In this document: positions 1 through 10,100 of the stretch, in pieces
Position numbering within the stretch: position 1 is the stretch's first letter
How the letters are laid out: each line of letters opens with the position of its first letter
NCBI GenBank assembly: GCA_964534625.1
Contig: CAZHRF010000011.1
Coordinates: 1 to 49,373, forward strand
Direction of reading: 5' to 3'
DNA from: an uncultured archaeon
GTDB taxonomy: Archaea; Asgardarchaeota; Heimdallarchaeia; Heimdallarchaeales; Heimdallarchaeaceae
Length of the DNA stretch: 49,373 bases
Notes under the pieces: generated by a model
Database searches by the model: none
Told to the model about the DNA's origin: nothing
The model's input: the letters and a program-made list of their open reading frames with translations, nothing else
Program-made: the position numbers and the translations under genes

Positions 1-120
1 ATCCCAAAGTAAGTTTTTTTGATCACAAGAAAATAAAAAAGTTATAAAACCTCGCGGGTGACAAGTCACCTATCCCAAAGTAAGCTTTTTTGATCACAAG
101 AAAATAAAAAAGTTACAAAA
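1..120. repeat. Two ~49-bp direct repeats (period 71 bp) separated by a GC-rich hairpin; may continue upstream of the window
   Basis: 1-49 atcccaaagtaagtttttttgatcacaagaaaataaaaaagttataaaa vs 72-120 atcccaaagtaagcttttttgatcacaagaaaataaaaaagttacaaaa (2 mismatches); spacer contains GGTGAC-aa-GTCACC at 57-70. Confidence 0.9.
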
Positions 121-296
121 AGAAAATAAAGAAGAAGACAAAACAAAGTTATATTGATAGAAAATAATTGGAGTTCTGCGAAAATTTTGCTACTTTATCG
201 TCAAATAATCATCCAATGATACGATTAGTCTATTTCTTAGGTCGGTCTTCCATTTAATTACATAAACTTTTTTAGATATACTTCTAGTCTATTTTT

Positions 297-1724
297 ATGT
301 CGATTTTAATCCATCATGCTTGGGTAATAACTTTTGCCAATAATGGTTTGGGGATTATTGAAGATGGGGCTGTCCTTATTGAAGATGATTTAATAGCTTA
401 TGTTGGAAAATCTACTGGTATAAACGAACATCATGCTGATATTATTATAGATGCTAAAGACCATCTCGTTCTTCCTGGTTTTATTAACGCTCACACCCAC
501 ACAGGTTTAACTTTGCTTAGGGGAGCTGCTCAAGATGTTCCAGAACTAGAATGGATGAATAAGGCATTAGGTCCGTTAGCTATGCATCTAACTCAGGAAG
601 ATCTGATGCTAGGAGCAAAAATAGGTCTAATTGAAGGCATTCGAACTGGTACTACTACTTTCTGTGAATATGCAAAAAATGTTTCTGAATTAATTTCTGA
701 AGTTCATCTTCCTTTTAATGCGAGAGTTTGTGCTACGGAAACAATTAATGAAGTAAGCTATAATAGAGGACAATTAAAACCATCAGACTTATACGATTTT
801 GACCCTTCTAAAGGAGAAAAAGCATTATCGCAGACGGAAGAATTGTTTACTCAGTATTCATCTGATCCTTTAGTAACTTGTGCTTATGGCCCTCAAGCTT
901 TAGATATGATATCTTTAGATTTACTGAAAACCATAAAAGAAAGAGCTATAGATGAAGAAAGAAAAGTCCATATGCACGTAGCTCAAGGAGGCAGAGAAAG
1001 ATTACAAATTCAAGGTAGATATGGTGAAGATCAATCAACTGTCACAGTTCTTAATAAAGAAGAACTGTTAGGGCAGTGGTTAATTGCAGCCCACTGTCAT
1101 GACACAACTATCCCAGAGAAAGAGTTATTAGTAAATAATGGTTCATCTATTGTTTGTTGCCCGAGTTCCATTTCAATGATAGATGGGATAGTTCCTCCAG
1201 TAAAAGAATTTATGGATCTGGGAGGTTTAATATCTTTAGGAACAGACCAAGCACCCGGACCAGGTACTCACAATATGATTAGAGAGATGCGTACAATAAG
1301 TATAATTTCAAAGGTTGTTCACAAAGATCCTACTGTTTTACCTGCGTGGGATGTACTTAAATTATCCACATTAGGTGGTGCAAAAGTACTAGGATTGGAT
1401 AATCATATAGGCTCTATTAAAGAAGGCAATAAAGCAGATATCATCACCATTAACCTTAAGAAATGTAATATGACACCTACTATTTCTACGCCATTTCATA
1501 ATTTCATTCCCAATTTAGTGTATTCAGCTACAGGTTTTGAGGTAGATAACGTTATTATTAACGGTGATTTAGTTCTTCACAACAATAGATTCACTAAAAT
1601 TGATGAAGAAAATATCATTGAACAAGCAAATAAAAGAGCTAGTAAGGTTTGTTTGGATGCTCAAGATGACTGGATTAAAGCTGATTCTTTATTTGTTAAG
1701 AAAGTAAAAGAAGGATACTTATGA
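297..1724 (+). CDS. Amidohydrolase family protein (MtaD/SsnA/TRZ-ATZ deaminase-like)
   Basis: PGFINAHTH metal-binding motif, GTTT, HMHVAQ, AAHC, LGTD, C-terminal GSIKEGNKADI. Confidence 0.9.
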   Translation: MSILIHHAWVITFANNGLGIIEDGAVLIEDDLIAYVGKSTGINEHHADIIIDAKDHLVLPGFINAHTHTGLTLLRGAAQDVPELEWMNKALGPLAMHLTQEDLMLGAKIGLIEGIRTGTTTFCEYAKNVSELISEVHLPFNARVCATETINEVSYNRGQLKPSDLYDFDPSKGEKALSQTEELFTQYSSDPLVTCAYGPQALDMISLDLLKTIKERAIDEERKVHMHVAQGGRERLQIQGRYGEDQSTVTVLNKEELLGQWLIAAHCHDTTIPEKELLVNNGSSIVCCPSSISMIDGIVPPVKEFMDLGGLISLGTDQAPGPGTHNMIREMRTISIISKVVHKDPTVLPAWDVLKLSTLGGAKVLGLDNHIGSIKEGNKADIITINLKKCNMTPTISTPFHNFIPNLVYSATGFEVDNVIINGDLVLHNNRFTKIDEENIIEQANKRASKVCLDAQDDWIKADSLFVKKVKEGYL

Positions 1725-1820
1725 CATTCTTTTGGAGAAAGAATAAAGAATCAAGTTTCTATTTTCTTAGATTATGTTGAGAATCATATTTTTAAAAAAG
1801 AGGATAGTAAAGATGAATAA
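1725..1820 (+). pseudogene. Possible remnant C-terminal helix of a HEPN-type toxin gene
   Basis: 31 open codons HSFGERIKNQVSIFLDYVENHIFKKEDSKDE*, no start codon; the frame overlaps the MNT start (ATG 1813, TAA 1818-1820); amphipathic pattern resembles the last HEPN helix. Confidence 0.35.
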
Positions 1821-2226
1821 AGAAGATTTCTTAAAAATTTTCAATAATATGATTACTAAAATAGAAGAGAGAGTGAAACTATATGCATTTGTTATTTTTG
1901 GTTCTCGAGCAAGAGGAGATTTCTTACAGCATAGTGATTATGATATTGTTATCATTGCTGATTTCCAAGAAAAGTATTTAGATCGTTCAGAATGGATAAT
2001 ACATCAGACAGCACCAATACTTGCCATGGATGTTTTTTGCTATACTCCTGAAGAATTTGATCAGATGTTTACCAATTATCGCTTAACTGCAATAGATGTT
2101 ATTGACGAAGGAATAGCATTGAAAGGTGATAGATATCTATTACAATATAGAGAAAAGCTAGAAGAGTTCAAAAAGAGAGGATTAAGAAAAGAAGATAATA
2201 TCCTTTATCCTCCTAAAAGTACATAG
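1813..2226 (+). CDS. Minimal nucleotidyltransferase (MNT, pol-beta superfamily) antitoxin-like protein
   Basis: FGSRARGD-x4-SDYD motif and downstream DVF; ATG 1813 preferred to 1774 (gagga upstream, typical MNT length). Confidence 0.88.
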   Translation: MNKEDFLKIFNNMITKIEERVKLYAFVIFGSRARGDFLQHSDYDIVIIADFQEKYLDRSEWIIHQTAPILAMDVFCYTPEEFDQMFTNYRLTAIDVIDEGIALKGDRYLLQYREKLEEFKKRGLRKEDNILYPPKST

Positions 2227-2237
2227 ATAGAATGTCC

Positions 2238-3758
2238 TTATTTTGCTGTATCTTTTTTTAGTGCTTTTTCTATTATTAAATCGATCTCATGTCTATATGC
2301 TGTATCTTTTTTTTCAATTATTCGCTGTGTGATTTTACTTATTTCTTTCTTTCTTTCATCTTTAAATAAGGGTATTTTTACATTTGATATTATTTTTTGT
2401 GTATATGATATCCGATGTCCCCTTCTTGCTCCCTCTGAAAGATAATATTCTCTAAAGAAAGAACTGTTCAAGTAACCCAATAAGAAATAAGGATCTTCTT
2501 TAAGAGCTACGATAGCTAAAACATCTCCTGATGGCATGACTTCTTCATCAGTCATACTAAAACGGTTCTTTTTACTACGATCTAGAGTAGGTACATATAT
2601 TTTTTTCATGTTTAAATATCTTTTATGATCTTCATAGTTTCTTAATGCTTGCCAATTAAACCATTTTTTTGATTTAGCTAAATATCTCGTTTTCATATAT
2701 TCTTTATTACTCACAAGTTTAGAATAAATATTAGGATAGAGTTTTTTGAGTTCTTCTTCACTCTTTAGATGATCATCTATGAGAATATAATTTTGATATC
2801 CTTCTGTCCAATATCCTTTGCAATTTGCACCTTTGATGAAAGGAACAATCAATTCTTTTTCTCTATCAGATACTTTATCTTTGAATATTTTATCAACTTT
2901 GAAACTTTTAGCATACCCTGATACCATCCCCACACCGATATAGGCTATGTCTTTCAGTCTTTGATAATTCGGGATATTTTTCTTGGGATATGTTGACCAA
3001 ATAGTGCTTGGATCTTGTGGATAGTCAAATATTTTTTCACAATACTCAAACAACTTATTACTTTTTCTTTTTTCTATTACTTCATGGGCTTTTTCTGTTA
3101 TCAATTCAAGAGTAGAATTTCTTGTTTTTAATCTTATAACTTTTGTCTTTTGATTTTTATTTGCCTTATCTTTTACATACTTGAAAATTAATGTTTCAGG
3201 GTTCTCTCCTTCGAATATTTTCATTTCATCTAGATCGATTATCCATTCAAAATAGCCATTTGTAGCTAATTTTTGCCTTAATTTAGTTGCATACGTAGCG
3301 TACATAAAGCCATATGGGACGATATAGATTAACTCACCTTTTTCCTTTAATCTTTCTATAGACTTTATAATGAAAGCATAATAAATATCACTCTCTCGAG
3401 TCCCAACTATTCGTTCTACTTTGTTTTGGACTGTTTCAGGTAAAGAATTGAAATGCAAATAAGGAGGATTGCCTATAATTACTTCATAGAGAGTAGACGA
3501 TGACCAATCTAAATAATCCTCATTAATCAAAGTAATAGTACCCTTGTCAGATTTTTCTTGACAGCGTGAGAATAATTTTTGATTCAATTCTATTCCTGTT
3601 AAACTGGTATAATTGGATTGTCTTAGAGACTCTAGAAAAGCGCCTTCTCCACACCCAGTATCCAAGATCCTAGCATTTTTTGGTTTAGATATTAAAGACG
3701 TCATCAGTTCACTTATAGGTTTGGGTGTAGGAACAAATGATATGACCGTGGAAACCAT
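2238..3758 (-). CDS. N6-adenine DNA methyltransferase, gamma class (TaqI/Eco57I-like)
   Basis: Motif I LDTGCGEG followed by motif IV GNPPY; DIYYAFI; C-terminal TaqI_C-like FLLGYLNS segment. Confidence 0.88.
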   Translation of the reverse strand: MVSTVISFVPTPKPISELMTSLISKPKNARILDTGCGEGAFLESLRQSNYTSLTGIELNQKLFSRCQEKSDKGTITLINEDYLDWSSSTLYEVIIGNPPYLHFNSLPETVQNKVERIVGTRESDIYYAFIIKSIERLKEKGELIYIVPYGFMYATYATKLRQKLATNGYFEWIIDLDEMKIFEGENPETLIFKYVKDKANKNQKTKVIRLKTRNSTLELITEKAHEVIEKRKSNKLFEYCEKIFDYPQDPSTIWSTYPKKNIPNYQRLKDIAYIGVGMVSGYAKSFKVDKIFKDKVSDREKELIVPFIKGANCKGYWTEGYQNYILIDDHLKSEEELKKLYPNIYSKLVSNKEYMKTRYLAKSKKWFNWQALRNYEDHKRYLNMKKIYVPTLDRSKKNRFSMTDEEVMPSGDVLAIVALKEDPYFLLGYLNSSFFREYYLSEGARRGHRISYTQKIISNVKIPLFKDERKKEISKITQRIIEKKDTAYRHEIDLIIEKALKKDTAK

Positions 3759-4033
3759 TTAATCTATTTTATATGAAATATTATTTATACTTAACTCATT
3801 GTTGGAAGAGCGTTCTATTTCTGACCATTCATCTTTCAATATATTTTTATCTTCTTTTAATGAAGTTTATGAATTTCTCTAATATTCATAGTTAATTTGG
3901 ATAGATCAAAAGATTCTATGATTCCAACTTGAGTATACAAATAAAATTTGCTAAAAATTTGCCGTATTTTTATCCTTCATTCAAACACAAAATTTTAAAA
4001 ATGTTTGAAAAAACACCATAATGGAGATAAAAA

Positions 4034-4222
4034 ATGGTTACTGAATTAAATCCACTAATTTCAATGTTTATTACAATGGGTGTATGGGGCATCATCTTAT
4101 TCCTCTTGCTTAAGCTCGTTATGTATATAAATAGTAAGCTGGGTGAAACAAGATTACGAAGAAAACTAGCGGCAGCTAAAATGGCAGCTGAAAAAGAGAA
4201 GCAAAACAAGAATAGCCAATAA
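4034..4222 (+). CDS. Small single-pass membrane protein
   Basis: ggag upstream of ATG; one hydrophobic helix followed by a basic tail. Confidence 0.6.
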   Translation: MVTELNPLISMFITMGVWGIILFLLLKLVMYINSKLGETRLRRKLAAAKMAAEKEKQNKNSQ

Positions 4223-4526
4223 ACATTTATTCTTATTACTTTCTTTTTTATTTTGTTTTTAACAGATTCTAAACAGTACGATATTTTCACAAATAATAGC
4301 CTAGATTAACCAATTGACCTAAAAACGAATGTAATTGAGCGAAAATAGCTCTTGTCCTTTTTTGAGGTGTAAAATTCATTTCAATGGGCATTTCAGCTCT
4401 AGTTTTATGCTATCTTTTGAAAAATTCTCGAAAGAGGTAAAAAGATTAACCCGTCATTAGATAATATTATATTTGGTCAGCAATAACTATTTCAATAATA
4501 AACTTTTAAATCTCTCATGTGAGATT

Positions 4527-5267
4527 ATGTTTCAAAAAGAAAATCTAAAAATAATCCATTATTGCCAAGTAAGCAGTACAATGGATGTGGCTTCTGATCT
4601 TATAGATTTATGGAATGAAACTCCATTTGTAGTTATTGCTGAAAAGCAAACTAAAGGAAGAGGTAGAGGTGACAACAGCTGGTTTTCTGTAAAAGGGGGG
4701 TTATATACAACTTATTGTATACCTACAACTATAGCTGTTGATCAAATATTTTTACGATTTTTACATTATAACATCGCAAATATTTTACACTCTATACTTC
4801 TTACTAAATTTAATGTAGAAAGCCAAATCAAATGGCCTAATGATATTTTGTATGAGAACAAAAAACTCGCAGGTATTTTACTCGAATGGATAAAAAAAAG
4901 AAAAATGAATTATCTTTTGATTGGCATAGGAATAAATGTAAATAATGAGAGTACGAATATGCCTATTGAAGTTCAAAGCCATTCTATCTCTCTCAAAGAA
5001 ATAATAAAAGAAAAAATAGGTCTAGATGCAATTTTAAGTTATATAACTAACAATTGGAAACATTTCATCGGGAATTTAGAAACAGATATACATCAAATAC
5101 GAAATCAATATAATAAAAAACTCAAGACTAATCAATCAACATCTCAGCTTATTCATGGTAATGCCTTCTACGAAATTATTGGAATTAACGAACAAGGATT
5201 TCTTGAAATAACTAATGGAAAGACTACGAAACAGCTTGACATAGATGATGCCTTTCCATATACATAA
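4527..5267 (+). CDS. birA: Biotin--[acetyl-CoA-carboxylase] ligase (no N-terminal HTH)
   Basis: SSTMD, AEKQTKGRGR, KWPND, KKLAGIL, GIGINV motifs; ATG 4527 preferred to TTG 4473. Confidence 0.92.
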   Translation: MFQKENLKIIHYCQVSSTMDVASDLIDLWNETPFVVIAEKQTKGRGRGDNSWFSVKGGLYTTYCIPTTIAVDQIFLRFLHYNIANILHSILLTKFNVESQIKWPNDILYENKKLAGILLEWIKKRKMNYLLIGIGINVNNESTNMPIEVQSHSISLKEIIKEKIGLDAILSYITNNWKHFIGNLETDIHQIRNQYNKKLKTNQSTSQLIHGNAFYEIIGINEQGFLEITNGKTTKQLDIDDAFPYT

Positions 5268-5494
5268 TTACGCTTTTTATTAAAATCTTTTCATTCAAAT
5301 ATAAACAATAGTTGTTGCATAATTTGTGGTGAAAAACAGAAAAACGATTGACAATAAAGATTCTAAGTATTAGGTTAAATGATAAGTTTAGTTAAATTAA
5401 ATATTTAAATGCCTTGTTAATTAGATATGAGGAAACTTTATCACTAGTTAATAAAATTTTTTAGTTTTTATCTGTATAAAATTATATGAAGATA

Positions 5495-5515
5495 AAAAGT
5501 AGTGCTTTTTATAAT
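5495..5515 (+). promoter_or_regulatory. Putative archaeal BRE/TATA promoter for the carboxyltransferase-synthase operon
   Basis: tttttataa at 5506-5514, about 25 bp upstream of ATG 5539; no SD, consistent with a leaderless transcript; AT-rich background weakens the call. Confidence 0.3.
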
Positions 5516-5538
5516 AAACCGATAGAGCTTTTTTCTTT

Positions 5539-7107
5539 ATGAAGCACTCGAGTAGAAATTACCAACAATCTATTAGTGAGAAAAAAGATGATTTTCTTTC
5601 CCTCAGAGAGCAACTTGCATATGGAGGAAAAGAAAAGTGGAAAAAACAACATGCAAAGGGTAAATTAACCGCCCGAGAACGCATTAACTTATTAGTTGAT
5701 GAAGGTTCATTTGTTGAGATTGATGCATTTGTCAAACACAATTGTACTAAATTTGATATGGACAAAAATGCTCCATTAGGAGATGGGGTCATTACAGGGT
5801 ATGCCAAGATCAATAACCGGAATGTCTATATCTACAGTCAAGATTTTTCTGTTTTTGGGGGTAGTCTAGGTCAAGCTCACGCTTCAAAAATTACCAAAAT
5901 AATGGATTTAGCCATTAAAACTGGTGTTCCTATTATCGGTTTATTGGACTCAGGTGGAGCACGTATTCAAGAAGGGGTCGACTCTTTAGCGGGATATGGA
6001 GATATCTTCTACAGAAATGTACAAGCCTCTGGTGTTATCCCCCAGATATCTGTAATCCTTGGTCCTTGTGCTGGGGGAGCTGTTTATTCACCTGCTTTAA
6101 CTGATTTTGTGATTATGAATAAAACTAATGCATTTATGTTCGTAACAGGTCCTTCGGTTGTAAAAGCTGTTACAGGAGAAGATGTATCTTTTTATGATTT
6201 AGGCGGAAGTGATGTACATCAAAGCATTTCCGGTATCTGTCATTTAGTTGGCGATTCTGAGATTGAAACGCTAGACTATGTTAAAGAATTACTAGCTTAT
6301 ATTCCCTCTAATAATTTAGAAGATTCTCCCACTTCCTATGCTATAACTGAACATATGCAAGAGGAGATTTATTCAATTATACCCGATCAATCGAATGATC
6401 CTTATGACATCAAAGAAATAATGCACATTATTCTTGATCAAGCTAGTTTCTTTGAGATACAAGGAAATTGGGCCAAGAATATTATTATAGGTTTTGCACG
6501 ATTAGATGGGTCAACAGTTGGTTTAATAGCCAATCAACCCTTATATTTAGGTGGAGCCATAGATATTCATGCTGCTGATAAAGCTTCTCGGTTCATACGT
6601 TTTTGTGATGCATTTAATATACCTATTGTCACGTTTGTCGACGTTCCTGGATTTATGCCTGGACTAAAACAAGAGCATGAGGGAATTATAAGACATGGAG
6701 CTAAAATGTTATTTGCATATTCAGAGGCAACAGTACCTAAAATCTCTGTGATAGTGAGAAAAGCATATGGGGGAGCATATATTGTGATGAGTTCCAAACA
6801 TTTAGGCGCTGATATAAATTATGCATGGCCAAATGCAGAAATAGCAGTTATGGGAGCAGAAGGTGCATGTAAAATACTTTACAGGAAAAAAATTAAAGAA
6901 TCAGAAAATCCTGATGACCTGTTAGAGGAGTTTACAAATCAATACAAAAAAGAGTTTGCTAATCCGTATCAAGCAACTGAGAAAGGTTATGTAGACAAAG
7001 TTATTCTTCCCGAAGAAACAAGACATGAACTTATTCGAGCCTTGGATATGCTCAAACAGAAAAGAGAAAATATTCCAAAAAGGAAACATGGAGTGTTTCC
7101 AGTTTAA
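5539..7107 (+). CDS. pccB: Acyl-CoA carboxylase carboxyltransferase subunit (PccB/AccD-type)
   Basis: GKLTARERI, QDFSVFGGSLG, DSGGARIQEG, GPCAGGAVYSPALTD, DVPGFMPG, RKAYGGAY, KHGVFP. Confidence 0.93.
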   Translation: MKHSSRNYQQSISEKKDDFLSLREQLAYGGKEKWKKQHAKGKLTARERINLLVDEGSFVEIDAFVKHNCTKFDMDKNAPLGDGVITGYAKINNRNVYIYSQDFSVFGGSLGQAHASKITKIMDLAIKTGVPIIGLLDSGGARIQEGVDSLAGYGDIFYRNVQASGVIPQISVILGPCAGGAVYSPALTDFVIMNKTNAFMFVTGPSVVKAVTGEDVSFYDLGGSDVHQSISGICHLVGDSEIETLDYVKELLAYIPSNNLEDSPTSYAITEHMQEEIYSIIPDQSNDPYDIKEIMHIILDQASFFEIQGNWAKNIIIGFARLDGSTVGLIANQPLYLGGAIDIHAADKASRFIRFCDAFNIPIVTFVDVPGFMPGLKQEHEGIIRHGAKMLFAYSEATVPKISVIVRKAYGGAYIVMSSKHLGADINYAWPNAEIAVMGAEGACKILYRKKIKESENPDDLLEEFTNQYKKEFANPYQATEKGYVDKVILPEETRHELIRALDMLKQKRENIPKRKHGVFPV

Positions 7108-7122
7108 AGAGGGTGAAAATGA

Positions 7123-10100
7123 ATGAAAACAAGAGAATATATTAAGAATAAGTTGATTACTACTTATCCATATTGGGGTATAGCTCCCTTAGGAATTGAT
7201 TACCCTAAAATAGCAATAGAATTAACAAAATTAGGTGGAGTAGGAATAATTGATTTACAAGGGTATAAGACCACCTCTAGTCTCGAAAACGTGTTTAATA
7301 TTATGGAAAAAGAGATACCAGAAGACAAGTATTGGGGAGTAAGGATAACAAGTTCAAATCAACTGCAGGATCTAAAATATATTGATAAGATCCCTATTAT
7401 TATACTATCATCAACATATGCGAATAAAATTTCTACAGAAGACATTAAATTAGTAAATAAAATATCAGAATGGATAATTGGTGAAGTACTCTATCTCGAC
7501 GAAGCTTACCAATGTGCTCCATGGGTGGATTTCTTTCTTGTTAAAGGAAACGAGTCAGGAGGGAAAGTAGGAACAAAAACAAGTTTTATCTTATTACAAG
7601 AATTTTATGAATCAGGTTTACCATTTATCGCTCAAGGTGGATTTGGTATTTACAATGTTGGAACAGCGTTTTTAGCCAATGCTCTTGGTGTTGTTTTTGA
7701 TGGGCAATTATACCAGCTAGATGATTGCTCTTTAGACCTTGATGTCAAGAGATATATCGGTTCACTACAAGAAAATGATACATATGTCGCCAATGAAAGC
7801 TCAAAATATAGATATAGATTAGCTGGGAAGTTGGCAAATAGACACATCAGAGAAATAAAGAAAAGAACAGCAGAAGAATTCTCTCAATATGGTGAAGAAG
7901 AGAAAAATGACGTAATAGAAGACATGGCAAACAATGGTCTGTTTTTTAAAGACGAAGAGATAAAACATGCTTTCTTACCTATGGGCGTAGATGTCACTTT
8001 TTCTACTATAATAAAAGAACGATTCAAAACTCTTAAGCACTTTCTAGATGGAATTAACCAGATTATCCAATCGCAAAGGCAAAACGTTATAAAAAATTGG
8101 CCTTTTGTTCAAGAATCTGATCTCGCTAACTCTCTAAATATAACATTGCCTATTATTCAAGGTCCTATGGCTAATATTAGTGATAATGTGCAATTTGCAA
8201 CCAAAGTTGCACAACATGGGGCTTTACCCATTATAGCTTTAGGTGGATTGATGCGGAATGAGACAGAAGAATTATTTAAGGAGCTTAAAAAATCAACCTT
8301 AAAAAATCAATCCTATGGTTGTGGAATAATAGGTTTAGATGCTGTTAAAAAACGCAGAGAAGAGCATCTTGAATTATTGAAGGAGCTCAAACCAGCTCAC
8401 ATACTTATAGCAGCTGGTAGAATAGGCTTGGGAGAGGAAGTAAAAGCGATGGGATTTAATGTACTATTACATACTCCCGCATTAGCTTTATTTAGAGAGG
8501 CTGTCGAAAAGGATATCGGTTATCCTATTTTAGAAGGAGCTGAATGTGGAGGACATATTGGTACTACCTCCTCTTTTATCCTATGGGAAAAAGTACTTCA
8601 TTATTTAGACGAAGTTAAGCAAGACAGAAATAAAAAGATCCCAATTATTTTTGCTGGAGGAATAGCTGATAAAATTGGCTCTGCAATGCTCGCCTTAATG
8701 TTGGGTAAGCATTTAGATATTATTTCACCCGGCATCCAGATGGGGAGTGGTTATTTATTAACCGAAGAAATTGTTTCCACTGGTGCACTAAAAAAGAAAT
8801 ATCAAGAGTTAGTATTAAACTCCCGTAACACGAGAGTTATTGGAACAACCGTAAATACTAGGATAAGAACTATAGAAACACCCTTTGTACAAGTCATTAT
8901 TGATAATGAGATTAAAAGAATACATGAAAATATTCCATTGAAGGAAAGAAAAGAGTTATATGAGAAAGACAATTTAGGGGCATTAAGAATAGCCTCAAGA
9001 GGAGAAATATGGAACCATGGTCATGTTGCAGGATCGGGTACAACTCGATTTATTGGTATAGACGAAGAAGATCAATATCAGAAAGGCTGTTTTATGGCTG
9101 GAGAAATCACTAGCAAAAAAAGAGCCATTACCACTCTGAAAAGCTTTCATCAAGATATAGTAAATGCAGGTAAGAATTTTATCGATTTACAGAATTTTAC
9201 CTCTATCTTTGAAAGGGAACAACTTATTGCTCTTGAACAGAAAGAAGCCATTCCCATTATTAATGCAAAAAATAAAGTGGCTATAGTAGGTGTAGGGTGT
9301 ATATTTCCTGATGCCTTAAATAAAGACCAATACTGGGAGAATATCTTAAACAAACGCTATTCTATTATCGAGGTACCAAAAAACAGATGGGATCCAGAGT
9401 TGTATTATGATTCCAATCCGGAAACACCTGATAAAACCTATACAAAGATAGGGGGTTTCATTAATAATTTTAAGTTTAAAACGATAAAATACCGTATTCC
9501 TCCAACTATTTCTCAAAAAATGGATGATGTGCAAAAATGGGCATTAGTTGCAGCTGAACAAGCACTTATGGATGCAAACATACCTATAGATGGAAAAGAG
9601 CGGTTACCTATTGCAATAATTGTCGGTAACTCACTTGGCGGACAAAATCAACGAGAGAGTAATCGTAGAATTGAATATCCGTCGATAATTCAAGATATAT
9701 ACAACTCAAGTATTTTCCAAGAACTTGATCCTATTACACAAAAAGAACTAATTAAACAATTTTCTAACAATTACTTGAGCAAATATCCAGAAATTAATGA
9801 AGACACCATGCCTGGAGAACTGTCAAATATAATAGCGGGTAGAATAGCTAACGTATTTAATCTTACAGGTAAATCGATGACGACAGATGCTGCGTGTGCT
9901 TCATCTTTAGCTTCTCTGGATACAGCAGTTAAGGGATTATTAGTAGGAGATTATGATACAGTACTGGTAGGAGGAGCAGATAGATCAATGGATCCAACTA
10001 CTTATGTCAAGTTCTGTAAAATAGGTGCTTTATCTCCAGACATATCTGCCCCTTTTGATGAGAGAGCAAATGGTTTTGTAATGGGTGAAGGAGCAGGTTT

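Noticed and set aside
1-120. CRISPR array
   Set aside because: Only two units, 49-bp repeat with a 22-bp palindromic spacer, and no cas genes in the window; does not fit CRISPR geometry
1722-1820. Selenocysteine or TGA readthrough extension of the amidohydrolase
   Set aside because: The TGA lies after the complete domain at a non-catalytic position and no SECIS-like hairpin was recognised; a gene remnant is the simpler explanation
3970-4290. 106-aa minus-strand ORF
   Set aside because: Antisense shadow of the 4034-4222 gene, which has a better start context
5390-5412. AT-only palindrome ttaaatatttaa as a BirA operator
   Set aside because: Expected by chance in very AT-rich DNA, and this BirA lacks a DNA-binding HTH
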